Origin: an uncultured Spirochaetota bacterium
Lineage (GTDB): Bacteria; Spirochaetota; Spirochaetia; SZUA-6; Fen-1364
NCBI GenBank assembly: GCA_963820525.1
Contig: CAWGAA010000001.1
Location: 384,001 to 448,000, forward strand
DNA length: 64,000 nucleotides
Reading direction: 5' to 3'
The position numbers and the translations under genes are program-made. This document shows, in pieces, positions 21,247 to 31,808 of this stretch. Numbering within the stretch: position 1 is the stretch's first letter; each line of letters opens with the position of its first letter. The notes under the pieces were generated by a model. The model was given only the letters and a program-made list of their open reading frames with translations. It ran no database searches and had not been told where the DNA came from.

Positions 21247-22644
21247 CTATTCCCAGAGATACTCGCCCTGCACATAATCCGAGCGGCCGTCCAGGATGCC
21301 GGATTGGGATATCGCGTTGCACGCCTTCATGTACGCCTTGAGGCTCGCTTCTATGACGTCCGTGCTGCCATGCCTTCCATGGAAGCGCCTGCCCTTGAGC
21401 TCGGTGGTGACGGTTACCTCGGCCGATGCCTCGGGGCCGGTCGCCAATGTGTAGAGTGAATAGTAGACGAGCCGGGGAGAGAGTCCCAGGGCCCGATCCA
21501 CCGCCTTGAACAGGGCGTCTATCGGTCCCGTCCCATGGGAGCTCTGCACAAGACGGCCGCCCTCATGCTCGATGACCACGATGCCGACGGGCGGCGAATG
21601 CGATCCCGTGAGGACGCTGAAGGATTCCAGGCGATAAGCGTCGGCCTTCCGGCCCTCCGGCTGTGTGGCGGGCGCGGCAGCGCCCTCGATTCTCCCGATG
21701 GTCTTCTCCTGCAGGAGCTCGCGAAGGCGGGGCTCCAGGGGGCGCGAAACGGGAGAACCGGCCGAGAGAGCGCACCTGCCGATGATGGGCTTGTTGGGAT
21801 GCGTGTGCACTCCGGTGATCTCGTCGAACAACGCGGAAGCCCCCGCGATCTCGGAGAGCCGGATTCCGTGGGAAACGCCGAAGCGCTCTCCGAATGCCGA
21901 GATGAGGAAGGCCACCTCTTCCAGCGCGGCGTTGCCGGCTCTTTCGCCGAATCCGCCCAGAGTCACCTCGACATGGGATGCGCCGGCCTCGATGGCGGCA
22001 AGGGTGTTCGCGGCCGCAAGACCGAGATCATTGTGGCAGTGCACCCCGAGCAGAGCCGCCCGACCCTCGCCAAAGAGCCCGAGGGCTTCGCCGATGAAGG
22101 CTTTCATATCTCCGGGAGAAAGCACGCCGCTTGAGTCTGCAAGGTTTATCACGTCGGCGCCGGCCTCTCGGGCGGCGAGACAGAGCTGGTCACGAAAGGC
22201 CCTCCTGGCGTGGGGAGCTTCGCTCAGCGAAAACTGCACCCGCACCCCGGCGTTCCTGCCCATTCGGATGCATGTCTTCACAGCCTCCACGGCGCGGCTC
22301 TCGCTCATCTTCACGACATCGGTGAGGGATTCGGGGGACACGGGCATGAAAATGTGAAGGTAGGGTTTGGCGGCCTGCGCGAGAGCCCTGAGGGTTTTTT
22401 CGACATCCTCGGGGAGGGCTCTGGCAAGGGCTGAAACGAAGGATGAGGTGATCTCGCGGGCTATGCGGGAAACGCACTCCGCCTCTTCGGGTGAAGAGAC
22501 GGGGAAACCCGCCTCGATGATGTCCACCCCCATGCGCTCCAGCCGATGCGCCAGGATGAGGCGATCCTCCGCTGAGAGCACGACAAAGGGGAGCTTGTTT
22601 CCGTCCCGGAGCGTCGTGTCGAGGATCTCGATTCGACGGGCCAT
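21247..22644 (-). CDS. 2-isopropylmalate synthase-like (LeuA/DRE-TIM) protein, divergent
   Basis: DTTLRDG, IEAGFP, HCHNDLG, GERAGNA, C-terminal regulatory domain (GPIDA, STDVIEAS). Confidence 0.8.
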   Translation of the reverse strand: MARRIEILDTTLRDGNKLPFVVLSAEDRLILAHRLERMGVDIIEAGFPVSSPEEAECVSRIAREITSSFVSALARALPEDVEKTLRALAQAAKPYLHIFMPVSPESLTDVVKMSESRAVEAVKTCIRMGRNAGVRVQFSLSEAPHARRAFRDQLCLAAREAGADVINLADSSGVLSPGDMKAFIGEALGLFGEGRAALLGVHCHNDLGLAAANTLAAIEAGASHVEVTLGGFGERAGNAALEEVAFLISAFGERFGVSHGIRLSEIAGASALFDEITGVHTHPNKPIIGRCALSAGSPVSRPLEPRLRELLQEKTIGRIEGAAAPATQPEGRKADAYRLESFSVLTGSHSPPVGIVVIEHEGGRLVQSSHGTGPIDALFKAVDRALGLSPRLVYYSLYTLATGPEASAEVTVTTELKGRRFHGRHGSTDVIEASLKAYMKACNAISQSGILDGRSDYVQGEYLWE

Positions 22645-22746
22645 GGCGTATGATAGTACGGCTCTTCGCGCGGCGCAAGCCGAGCGGGAAGCCGCATGTG
22701 CCGGCTCGATTTCGCAGAAGCGGGACGGCGGGCCGGATGCGATCTT

Positions 22747-25605
22747 TCAGCGCATGTCGCGCTCGACAGCCAGCATCAACGCCCACGGGCTCTGCGGGTA
22801 GTCTTTCTTCAGCCGCGCTTCGGCGATCCTCGCCTTGCCGAAATCTCCGTTCAGCCTGGCCACGCGCGCCGCATTGGCCAATCCTTCAGCGGCCAGGTCG
22901 GGGAAACTGCGGAAGATCGCGGCGGTCCCGGCGAACATCTCCACGGCCGCTTCCGAGTCTCCCGCGCTTTCCAGGGCCCGGGCAAGCTCGAGGCGGGCCT
23001 GCGCGCCGATCCTGTCGGTTCGCGCCTCCCGCAGGCCCTGGAGGATCTCCCTGGCCTTGTCCAACTCGCCCTGCAGCGTGTAGCACCTCGCCATGAGCAG
23101 AACGGCTTCACCGGCAAGGGGCTCGGGGAGCTGCCGCCCGGAGGCTTCCTTTATCAGCTCGATTGCCTCTTCGGGGCTCCGGGTGATGAGCAGCCTCGCG
23201 TAATCCAGCTCGATTGCGCTCCGGAGCTCGGGTCTCAGGCCGGAATCATCTCTGGCTGCCTCGAGGAGCCCGCGGGCAGCATCGGGGGTTCCGGCCGCCG
23301 TGAGCGCTCTTTCCATCCCTTCGAGGGCGGGATAAAAAAAGGCGCCTCTCGTGTATCGCACCAGGCAACTCCAGAAGAGGAGCGCCGATGCCGAAGCGTT
23401 TCCCGCTTCCAGCTCGGCGTCGGCGGCGCGGTAGAGCGCCTGCTCGGCCAGGGGGTGAGAGGGAAAATCTCGGGAAATCCGCTTGAAACCTTCCACCCCT
23501 TCGCTCAGCCGACCCTGCTCGACCGCCTGTTCCGCCTTCTTGAAAAAGGCCTCGGCCGCGAGCTTTCCGTCGGGAAACTCCGACGCGAGGTCCTCGAACA
23601 CGGCATCGCTCTGCTGGCTCTTGCCCAGCCGGGCAAGAGCCCAGCCTTTCTCGAAAAGCGCCTTTTCCCGCATCTCGCGCGCGGCAGGCCCCGATGCCAG
23701 CGCCAGCGCCCGGTCAAGGATCTCTACGGCGCCTGCATCGTCAGCGAGCTGGGCCGAGCAGAACGAGGCGCGAAGAAGGGATTCGGCGGCTGATGGATCC
23801 TCCGGATGCCTATCCCCGACCAAGAGGAATGACCGGCGCGCGTCCGCCGGCTTTCCCATGCGGAACTGACTCCAGGCAAGCCAGTACAAGGCTTGCGCGG
23901 AACCGCCCTCTTCCGACGGCTCGCCGGCCGCTTCCTGGAAACAAATCGCCGCTTGCGGATACCTCTCCAGTCTGTAGAGGGCACGGCCGGCATACAGGAT
24001 CACCCCTTGTCTTTCGGCCCCTTTCGGAAGGTCAGGAAGGAGGGAATCGAAGCCGGAAAGAGCAAGGGCATAGGCTCCCAGGTTGAACCTGCACACCCCC
24101 ATCGCCAGCCTGCTCCGCAGGGCGAGGTCACGTGATGCAGAGGAGTCCAGCGCGGCCTGAAAAAAGGAAATGGCCCTGGAGAACTCGCTTCTGGCCGAGT
24201 ACACCGCGCCGATGTCATAGGCGCTCTGCCCCGCGAACTCGGACCTGGGGAAATCGCTTCGTATCCTCTGGAAATCGTCGAGAGCCGCCGGCTCGTCTCC
24301 CATCCTCAGGGAGGCCAGCCCTCTCCTGTAGATGCGCTCGGGAGTCTTCCGCGAGGCGGGAAACTCTCGCACCAGGCGGTCCCACCACGCGAAGGAACGA
24401 GGGAAATCATCCCGCTGCCATGACATTTCGCCGAGAAGCTCCAGCGCCTGCTCTGCGAACGGGCTGTCCTTGAAATCGGAAACAAAGCTCTCAAGTCCGA
24501 GCTCAGCCTCTCCCCGCCGGCCGAGCTCGAAAAGCGCTCGCGCCAGCCGGAACCGGCTCTGCTCCGTCACTTTCAAGGATGGGCCGAGCGATGCCTTCTC
24601 GAGAAAATCAACCGCTTCCTCCAGCTTTCCCATCATGGAGAGCGCTATTCCCGCATCCATGCAGGTCTCCTGCCTGCCCGTCCCTTCGGGAAGCTCTTCC
24701 AACGCGCGGGTGTAAACGGCCAGAGCGCCGCCGAAGTCCTTTCCTTCAAGAAGAATGTCCCCGAGGAGGCACAGCGCGCTGCCGATTAGCTCCCCATTCG
24801 CGGCCTCCTTCAAGAGATCCTCCAGAGCCGAAACCGCTTCCGCTTTTCTGCCCTGCCTCCACAGGATCTCTGCGATGCGGTATCGACTGAAAGCGATGCG
24901 CGGTGAGTCCGGATAGAGCGAGAGGAGCGTCCGAAAGCGCCTCTCCGCTTCCGGGAGCCTGCCCAGGGCGAGCTCGCTTTCTGCAAGGAAGAACTGGGAT
25001 TCGCTTGAGAAGCCGGACGAGGGAAAATCGATGAGGAGCTTGCCGTAAAGGTCTCGGGCCGCCGTGAAGCTTCCCCCGCGAAACGAGACTCCGGCAAGGC
25101 GGAACGCCGCTTCGGCCGCGATGGCGAAAGGCGCGCGCCGCGCAAGGATTTCCCGGTAGGCGGCCTCGGCCTCGCCGCTTCTACCCAGCTCTTCCAAGGC
25201 TGCGCCGGCCAGGAGCAATGAATGCGCGGCCATGAACTGGTCCGCGCCTGAGGAATCCCCCGCTACACGCAGATACCCCAGGGCTATCTCGTAGTCCTTC
25301 AGCTTCAGGGCGCAGGCTCCAATCCAATATGAAAGCCGCGCGCGCAGGGGAGATCCTGGATAGCCCGTGGCGAAATCCTGAAATGCTTCAAGGGCCGGGC
25401 GATACTGAGCGCTGGAGAACAGGGACACGGCGGATTGGAAAGCCTTTGCATCACCCCGGGAGTCGGCGCCCAGAATGCTCGCATTGAGGATGATGAGAAT
25501 GGAGAGGGCCGCGCGAGAGCATCGACACGGGCGCGCTGTCGAGCCGCCGCCGTGGCGGCGTTCCGGGATGCTCCGCGCTGTCGAGCCGCCGCCGTGGCGG
25601 CTCAT
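22747..25605 (-). CDS. secreted tetratricopeptide-repeat protein (CpoB/BamD-like repeats)
   Basis: Many TPR-like units ending YP/FPxS; hydrophobic signal segment; ATGA overlap with the clpC stop. Confidence 0.85.
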   Translation of the reverse strand: MSRHGGGSTARSIPERRHGGGSTARPCRCSRAALSILIILNASILGADSRGDAKAFQSAVSLFSSAQYRPALEAFQDFATGYPGSPLRARLSYWIGACALKLKDYEIALGYLRVAGDSSGADQFMAAHSLLLAGAALEELGRSGEAEAAYREILARRAPFAIAAEAAFRLAGVSFRGGSFTAARDLYGKLLIDFPSSGFSSESQFFLAESELALGRLPEAERRFRTLLSLYPDSPRIAFSRYRIAEILWRQGRKAEAVSALEDLLKEAANGELIGSALCLLGDILLEGKDFGGALAVYTRALEELPEGTGRQETCMDAGIALSMMGKLEEAVDFLEKASLGPSLKVTEQSRFRLARALFELGRRGEAELGLESFVSDFKDSPFAEQALELLGEMSWQRDDFPRSFAWWDRLVREFPASRKTPERIYRRGLASLRMGDEPAALDDFQRIRSDFPRSEFAGQSAYDIGAVYSARSEFSRAISFFQAALDSSASRDLALRSRLAMGVCRFNLGAYALALSGFDSLLPDLPKGAERQGVILYAGRALYRLERYPQAAICFQEAAGEPSEEGGSAQALYWLAWSQFRMGKPADARRSFLLVGDRHPEDPSAAESLLRASFCSAQLADDAGAVEILDRALALASGPAAREMREKALFEKGWALARLGKSQQSDAVFEDLASEFPDGKLAAEAFFKKAEQAVEQGRLSEGVEGFKRISRDFPSHPLAEQALYRAADAELEAGNASASALLFWSCLVRYTRGAFFYPALEGMERALTAAGTPDAARGLLEAARDDSGLRPELRSAIELDYARLLITRSPEEAIELIKEASGRQLPEPLAGEAVLLMARCYTLQGELDKAREILQGLREARTDRIGAQARLELARALESAGDSEAAVEMFAGTAAIFRSFPDLAAEGLANAARVARLNGDFGKARIAEARLKKDYPQSPWALMLAVERDMR
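25532..25601. repeat. 42-bp-period tandem repeat (about 1.7 units) inside the 5' end of the TPR gene
   Basis: 28-bp identical blocks CGCGCTGTCGAGCCGCCGCCGTGGCGGC at 25532 and 25574. Confidence 0.9.
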
Positions 25606-28184
25606 GTGGGGATTTTTTCCCTCGGTGGAAGCCCCGGCGTGTCCGATGCGGCTCCTCCGAGCTCCGCTTGAGAATCGGATGGGGCCTTTTCCTTGGCGGG
25701 GAGGAGCTCGCGGTCTTTTGCGCGTCCCTCCTTCTCCTGCTGCTGGCGGAACACGATCTTGTCCGCGCGCACGTCGACATCGATGACGTCGCCGGACTTG
25801 AAGCGCCCCTTGAGGATCTCCATGGAGAGTGGGTCCTCAACCTCTTTCTGCAAGAGCCGTCGCAGGGGCCGGGCGCCGTATTTCTCGTCGAAGCCCTTAT
25901 CGATGAGGAACTCCTTGGCCTTCTTCTTGATGGCGATGCTGATCTTTTGCTCGGTGAGCCGTCCCGAGATCTCGTTCACCATGAGGTCGAAGACCTGCGC
26001 GAGGTGGCCCTTGTCCAGGTTATGGAACACGACGATCTCGTCGATGCGGTTGATGAACTCGGGGTTGAATGTGCGCTTGACCTCCGCCAGCACGAAGCTC
26101 TTGATGTCTTTGAAGTTCATCCCGCCTTCCTCGGACTGGAAGCCGAGGGTCGAGTCCTTGTTGATGTCCCGCGCGCCCAGGTTGGAGGTCATGATGAGCA
26201 CCGAGTTCCTGAAGGACACGGCATGGCCGAGGTTGTCGGAGAGCTGGCCTTCTTCCAGGACTTGAAGGAGGATGTTGAACACGTCGGGGTGCGCCTTCTC
26301 GATCTCGTCCAGCAGGATCACGCTGAAGGGCCGCCTCCTGATCTTTTCGGTGAGAAGCCCTCCCTCCTCGTAGCCCACGTACCCCGGGGGCGCGCCCACC
26401 AGGCGCGACACGTTGTGCTTCTCCATGAAGTCGGACATGTCGATGCGCACCAGGGCGTCCTCGTCGCCGAAGAGGAACTGTGCGAGGGTCTTGGCTACCA
26501 GGGTCTTCCCGACGCCGGTGGGGCCGAGGAACACGAACGAGCCAAGCGGCCTCTTGGCCGAGGAGAGGCCCGTACGGGATCGGCGGATGGCGGAGGCGAT
26601 AACGGTAATGGCCTCGTCCTGCCCAATCACCTTCTTGTGCAGCTCCTCCTCGATGTGGAGCAGTTTCTCGCTTTCGCTCTGGGCGATGCGTGAGAGCGGG
26701 ATGCCCGTCATGTCGGAGATCACCTGCTGGATATCTTCGGTATCCACCACGTTCTCCTCGTATGCGATGGTGCTTTCCCAGCTCTTCTTGATCTCGTCCA
26801 CCTTGCCCTTGAGCTGGCGCACGGTGTCTCGAACCGCGGCCGCCTTCTCGTAGTTCTGCGTGTTGACGAGCGTTGCCTTCTCCGCGTTGAGCTTGTCGAT
26901 CTCCTTTTCCAGGTCCGCGAGCTCCTTGGGCCGAATGGAGTTTTTGATGCGCTTGCGCGAGCCCGACTCATCGATCAGGTCAATGGCCTTGTCGGGCAGA
27001 TAGCGTTCGGTGATGTAGCGCCTCGAGAGCGTGGAGGCCGCCTCCAGGGAGGCGGGTGTATAGGTGACGTGGTGGTGATCCTCGTAGTTCTTCTTGATCC
27101 CCCGGAGGATCTCCACCGTCTCCTCGACGCTGGGCTCGCGCACGTAGATGGGTTGGAACCTGCGCTCCAGCGCCGCGTCCTTCTCGATGTGCTTCTTGTA
27201 CTCATTGAGTGTGGTGGCTCCGATGCACTGAAGCTCCCCGCGCGACAAGGACGGCTTCAGCATGTTGGAGGCATCGATCGCCCCCTCGGCCCCTCCGGCC
27301 CCGATGATGGTGTGAAGCTCGTCTATGAACAGGATCACGTTCCCTGCTGAGAGGATCTCCTTCATGACGCGTTTCAAGCGCTCCTCAAACTCTCCACGAT
27401 ACTTGGTCCCGGCCACAAGCGAGGCCAGGTCCAGGGTGAGGACGCGCTTTCCGATGAGCACCTCGGGCACCGTTCCGTCCACGATCTTCTGGGCCAGTCC
27501 CTCGACGATGGCGGTCTTGCCGACTCCCGGCTCTCCGATGAGCACCGGGTTGTTCTTTGTCCTGCGGGCGAGGATCTGGATGACGCGCTGGATCTCCTTC
27601 TCCCGGCCGATCACGGGATCCAGCTTCCCGTCCCGGGCAAAGGCGGTGAGGTCCCTGCCGAACTCGTCGAGGGTCGGCGTCGGCTTCTTGGGGGGAGATT
27701 GCGCCTTCTTCTTGGCGCCCTGCCCCGAGATCTGCCGCGGGTCCCCCGCGCCGCTGATCTGCATGATCGCATCCCGCAGCCCGCTCGCGTTGATGCTGTA
27801 CTTCGAGAGGTAGCGAGAAACGATGCTTCCCTGCTCTTTTATCGATGCCAGGAGCAGGTGCTCGGTTCCGATGTACTCGTGGCCCATGTTCCTGGCTTCT
27901 TCAGCGGAATCCTCCAGGATCTTCTGTCCCCTTTTCGACGGGGGGACGTCACCGAGGATAAGGCCTCCCTTGCCCTTGGGCAGGCTCTTCTCGATCTCCA
28001 CCTGCATCTCGGGAATGCTCACCTTCAGCCTCTGGAGAGCCTTGACGGCGACCCCCTCTCCGTCCTTCAACAGGGCAAGGATGATGTGCTCGGGAAGGAG
28101 CTGGTCCGAGTGGAACCTCTTGGCCTCTTCCTGGGCGAGTATCGTCAGCACCTTCTGTGCTCTCTGCGTGAGTCCCTTAAACAT
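25602..28184 (-). CDS. clpC: ATP-dependent Clp protease ATP-binding subunit ClpC
   Basis: Clp N domain, two AAA+ modules ([16 protein letters not shown]), UVR-type coiled coil, LGF loop. Confidence 0.97.
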   Translation of the reverse strand: MFKGLTQRAQKVLTILAQEEAKRFHSDQLLPEHIILALLKDGEGVAVKALQRLKVSIPEMQVEIEKSLPKGKGGLILGDVPPSKRGQKILEDSAEEARNMGHEYIGTEHLLLASIKEQGSIVSRYLSKYSINASGLRDAIMQISGAGDPRQISGQGAKKKAQSPPKKPTPTLDEFGRDLTAFARDGKLDPVIGREKEIQRVIQILARRTKNNPVLIGEPGVGKTAIVEGLAQKIVDGTVPEVLIGKRVLTLDLASLVAGTKYRGEFEERLKRVMKEILSAGNVILFIDELHTIIGAGGAEGAIDASNMLKPSLSRGELQCIGATTLNEYKKHIEKDAALERRFQPIYVREPSVEETVEILRGIKKNYEDHHHVTYTPASLEAASTLSRRYITERYLPDKAIDLIDESGSRKRIKNSIRPKELADLEKEIDKLNAEKATLVNTQNYEKAAAVRDTVRQLKGKVDEIKKSWESTIAYEENVVDTEDIQQVISDMTGIPLSRIAQSESEKLLHIEEELHKKVIGQDEAITVIASAIRRSRTGLSSAKRPLGSFVFLGPTGVGKTLVAKTLAQFLFGDEDALVRIDMSDFMEKHNVSRLVGAPPGYVGYEEGGLLTEKIRRRPFSVILLDEIEKAHPDVFNILLQVLEEGQLSDNLGHAVSFRNSVLIMTSNLGARDINKDSTLGFQSEEGGMNFKDIKSFVLAEVKRTFNPEFINRIDEIVVFHNLDKGHLAQVFDLMVNEISGRLTEQKISIAIKKKAKEFLIDKGFDEKYGARPLRRLLQKEVEDPLSMEILKGRFKSGDVIDVDVRADKIVFRQQQEKEGRAKDRELLPAKEKAPSDSQAELGGAASDTPGLPPREKIPT

Positions 28185-29259
28185 GGCCGTGACCCTCCCG
28201 TCTTCCGACCGTCAGCGTTTCCCTGATCAACTTGGCCCGCGTATAGTCGATGAGCTTCCCGTCGATGGTGTCGTGCTGCGCTTGCAGCAGTTTCTGGATA
28301 TGAGACTTCTGGGAAAGGAAGAGCAGCGCGGTGATGGTCGGGTTGTCCGAGGCGTCGATGAGCCCCAGGCAGACCCCCAGCTTCAGCGACGAGAGGTTCT
28401 CAACGGCCTCGCGCACCGAAATGTAGCGGCAATGGGTCAAGAGCCCCAGAGCGCGGAATACCCTGTCTTCGATGTCCACCCTTCTCTTTTCCATCAGCTC
28501 TTCCCGCGTCTTGTTCTCGAATCCGATGAGCTGGGTCGCGATCCTTCCCAGATTCCCGATGATCTCCTTCTCCGAGAGGCCGATCGTCACCTCATTGGCC
28601 ACGATATACATGTCTCCCAGGGAATCGACGCTTTCGCTGTAGAATCCCCTGATGGAGAGTCCCAACTGGGCCGAGGCCTTTACCGCTCTCTTGATCAGCC
28701 CGCCCATCGCGAGGGCCGGAAGGTGGAGCATCATCGAGGCCTTCAACCCCGTTCCGAGATTCGTGATCGCGGTGTTCAGGTATCCCCACTCCTGCGATAC
28801 CGCATACCCGAGAAACTGCTCCAGCACGGAGTCCAGGGAGTCTATCCGCTGATAGATCTCCTCCAGGCAGGAGCCGGTCTGCATTCCCGTCAGGCGGAGA
28901 TGGTCCTCGTCCGCAATGATGGCCGAGACGCTCTCGTTCTCCCCCAGAACAATCGCCTTGTTCTTCTCGAGGGAGTATCCCTGGGATATGATATTCCTCT
29001 CGAAGAGTATCCGTCTTTCCAGCGGGGTGAGATCGTCAAGGTAGAGTATCGTAAAATTGCCGCCCTTCGGCAATCTCTGGAAGGCGCTGAGGATTTCGGA
29101 ACGAACCTCGCTTTCCTCCTCGGGAGTGCATGTCCCCGGGTAGGCGTGTGCGGCGAGGTTTCGCGACAGGCGGATCCGGCTGGAGATCACGACCCTGTCC
29201 TCGGGTCCGTTCTTGAGCGTCCAGCCCGGCGCGTCCTTCAAGCCCGTGAAATCAAACAT
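28177..29259 (-). CDS. mcsB: protein-arginine kinase McsB-like (divergent)
   Basis: [17 protein letters not shown]....TNLGTG; lies between mcsA and clpC. Confidence 0.88.
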   Translation of the reverse strand: MFDFTGLKDAPGWTLKNGPEDRVVISSRIRLSRNLAAHAYPGTCTPEEESEVRSEILSAFQRLPKGGNFTILYLDDLTPLERRILFERNIISQGYSLEKNKAIVLGENESVSAIIADEDHLRLTGMQTGSCLEEIYQRIDSLDSVLEQFLGYAVSQEWGYLNTAITNLGTGLKASMMLHLPALAMGGLIKRAVKASAQLGLSIRGFYSESVDSLGDMYIVANEVTIGLSEKEIIGNLGRIATQLIGFENKTREELMEKRRVDIEDRVFRALGLLTHCRYISVREAVENLSSLKLGVCLGLIDASDNPTITALLFLSQKSHIQKLLQAQHDTIDGKLIDYTRAKLIRETLTVGRREGHGHV

Positions 29260-29746
29260 CGCTGTCAAGCTCCCGGATCTTGTCCCGCAGGAGTGCCGCC
29301 GCCTCGTAGTCCTCCCGCTCGATGGCCTCCCGCAGCTCGATGGCGAGCGTTTCCCGATCCGGACCCTCCGGGACGGGAACCGCTTCGCTTCGCGGCAGCT
29401 TCCCCATGTGGTGGGTCCTTCCCGTCATCTGGGAAAGGATGGACCGCACGTCCTTCTGGAACGTGTGGAAGCATTCGGCGCAGCCGAACTTGCCCCGCTT
29501 TCTGAAATCCTCCGGCTTCATGCCGCAGCGGGGGCACGCCTCGCCCGGCTCTTCAGTCCCAGAGATGTCCTTGTTGTCGATGAGGCCCGACAGGAGGTTG
29601 GAAATGGAGATTTCGGACTCTTCCTCCTTTATCAGGCCCTTCTCCTGGGCGCATTCCTCGCAGATATGGAGCTCGTTCACGCTCGATTTCTGGATCTGAC
29701 GGATATGAATGACGGCATCGCGGAGGCCGCAGATTTCGCATTTCAT
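29252..29746 (-). CDS. mcsA: McsA (UvrB/UvrC-motif, CXXC zinc) protein
   Basis: Four CXXC motifs; C-terminal EDYEAAALLRDKIR. Confidence 0.92.
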   Translation of the reverse strand: MKCEICGLRDAVIHIRQIQKSSVNELHICEECAQEKGLIKEEESEISISNLLSGLIDNKDISGTEEPGEACPRCGMKPEDFRKRGKFGCAECFHTFQKDVRSILSQMTGRTHHMGKLPRSEAVPVPEGPDRETLAIELREAIEREDYEAAALLRDKIRELDSDV

Positions 29747-29820
29747 GGTAGGAATAATATAGCACGAAACGAAGGGGCGAATCTATGCGGCGACAGCGGC
29801 GATGCGCCGCTCCTTGCACT

Positions 29821-31125
29821 TTACACCTTTCGGATGATCTCCAGAGGCCGTGCCCTGGCTGCCCGAGCCGCCGGCAGATAGGAGGCGATGCCTGAAAGGA
29901 CAAGGGTCCCGACTGCCGCCATGCAAACCTCGATCCAGCGGATCCGGATCGGGATGGAGGAAAGGTAGTACGAGCTGTTGAAGATGGTCACGGCTTCCAC
30001 CTGCGGCGCCGAGGGAATAAGAGCGGATCGGGCGAGGGAAAAGAGACGGAGCACGGCATTCGCGATCGCCTGGAGTCCGGTAATGATCTGATTTATGTTG
30101 ACGGCTGCGGCGAGCCCCAGGGAAATGCCGAGCGCGGTTCCCAGCAGGCCCGTGACGAAGCCGGCCAGGAGAAAGGAGATGGAAAGGCTTGCCGGCCGCG
30201 CGCCGACACTCTTGAGAATTCCGATATCCAGCCGCCTCTCGAACGCGATCATGATCACGGCGGATGACACGTTGACCCCGGCCACGAGCACGATGAGGGC
30301 CATGATGAAGAGGAGGAGCGCCTTGGTGGTCTGGAAGGATTTCAGCCTCGCGTACTCGAGCTCGCTCCACGTCGAGATGCGCCCCAGATCGTGGAGCCGG
30401 CCGCGGATGGCGCGGATGGCGGGAGACAGATCCCCGAAGGGATCGCTCACCTTGACTCCGATAAGGCTCGCCGAGGCGCGCGGGGAAAGAATCGACCAGG
30501 AGGCTTCCAGGGGGGCGTAGGCATAGAGCTTCTCCAGCTCCTGGTATCCTGTCTGGAAAATGCCTCCCACTCTCATTGGCGTGACCTTGGGAGGCCCCCT
30601 GCCTTCTTCGCCGTACGGGGTGAGCAGGATGACGCGGTCCCCCGCATTGACGCCGATGCTTTCCGCCAGAGACTGCCCGAGGAGAATGGCGGCGGGGTCA
30701 GTGAGGGACGAGGAGCCCGCCGTGAGCTTCACGAAACCGCGCAGTCCGGCGTCCCGGGAGAAAAGATCCGGCGGGACGAAGCGGACGGTCACGCCGGCGG
30801 ACCTGCCCCGCGCGAACAGGAGCCCCAGGCCTTGTCTTTCGGGGATCACGTCCACGGCCGCTCCGCTTCCCTCGATGGCCCGCGCTGCGCGGTCCATCGA
30901 CTCGGCCGTCACCGTGGTAGGAAGAGAGACCTGGAGGTGGTAGGTTCCGATCTCGATGAGCCGCGCCGTTATCCCCTCGATCATCCCCGTGGAGACTTCC
31001 ATCACCACGACGAGCGGAACCAGGCTGAGTGCGATCCCGAGGACCGAGCCCCGGAGGTAGCGGGCGGTCCCGCCCTTCCCCCGCAGGAGGCGCAATCCCA
31101 GGTTCAACGCGAACGCTCCCCTCAT
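29821..31125 (-). CDS. lipoprotein-releasing ABC transporter permease (LolC/E family)
   Basis: FtsX/MacB-like topology; DIGILKSVGA, YLPAARAA. Confidence 0.85.
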   Translation of the reverse strand: MRGAFALNLGLRLLRGKGGTARYLRGSVLGIALSLVPLVVVMEVSTGMIEGITARLIEIGTYHLQVSLPTTVTAESMDRAARAIEGSGAAVDVIPERQGLGLLFARGRSAGVTVRFVPPDLFSRDAGLRGFVKLTAGSSSLTDPAAILLGQSLAESIGVNAGDRVILLTPYGEEGRGPPKVTPMRVGGIFQTGYQELEKLYAYAPLEASWSILSPRASASLIGVKVSDPFGDLSPAIRAIRGRLHDLGRISTWSELEYARLKSFQTTKALLLFIMALIVLVAGVNVSSAVIMIAFERRLDIGILKSVGARPASLSISFLLAGFVTGLLGTALGISLGLAAAVNINQIITGLQAIANAVLRLFSLARSALIPSAPQVEAVTIFNSSYYLSSIPIRIRWIEVCMAAVGTLVLSGIASYLPAARAARARPLEIIRKV

Positions 31126-31808
31126 GAACCGACCAGCTCCCCGCCGGCAAGCTCGAAATGCCTTCCCGCCTTTTCGGCCAGGGCTCGGTCGTGAGTGACG
31201 AGGATCATGGTCCTTCCATGCTTCTCCACGAGCTCGAAGAGCATGTCGCGCACAACGCGCGCGTTCCTCTCGTCGAGGTTGCCCGTCGGCTCGTCCGCGA
31301 GGATCAAGAGCGGCTCGTTCATGAGCGCCCGGGCAACGGCGACCCTCTGCCGCTCGCCTCCCGAGAGCTCTTGAGGAAACGCATCCTTTCTGCGCGAAAG
31401 CCCCACTTCCTCCAGGAGCTTTTCACCCCGCTCGCGGAGGCTTCGAAGCGAAGCGCCGCCCACCATGGAGGGAATGACGACATTTTCCAGCGCCGTGAAA
31501 TCCTTCAACAAGAAATGGAACTGGAAGATGAAGCCGACGTACCTGTTTCGATACCGGCTGAGCTCCTCCTCCGGCATGGCGCCGATCTCCATGTCCGCCA
31601 CGGTGATCTGCCCAGCGCTCGGGAAATCGAGGCCGCCGATGAGATTCAGCAGGGTGCTCTTCCCGCAGCCGCTCTCCCCCGTGACCGCAACGATGGAGCC
31701 CCTCTCGACCTCGAGGTTGACATCCGTGAGCACCTCGATCCGCTCCGCCTCCGTCTCGTATGCCTTTGCCAGCGAGCGCACCGTGAGCAGACTCCCCTGT
31801 TCATTCAT
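31122..31808 (-). CDS. lolD: lipoprotein-releasing ABC transporter ATP-binding protein
   Basis: GESGCGKS, GFIFQFHFLL, LSGGERQR, ADEPTGNLD. Confidence 0.9.
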   Translation of the reverse strand: MNEQGSLLTVRSLAKAYETEAERIEVLTDVNLEVERGSIVAVTGESGCGKSTLLNLIGGLDFPSAGQITVADMEIGAMPEEELSRYRNRYVGFIFQFHFLLKDFTALENVVIPSMVGGASLRSLRERGEKLLEEVGLSRRKDAFPQELSGGERQRVAVARALMNEPLLILADEPTGNLDERNARVVRDMLFELVEKHGRTMILVTHDRALAEKAGRHFELAGGELVGS

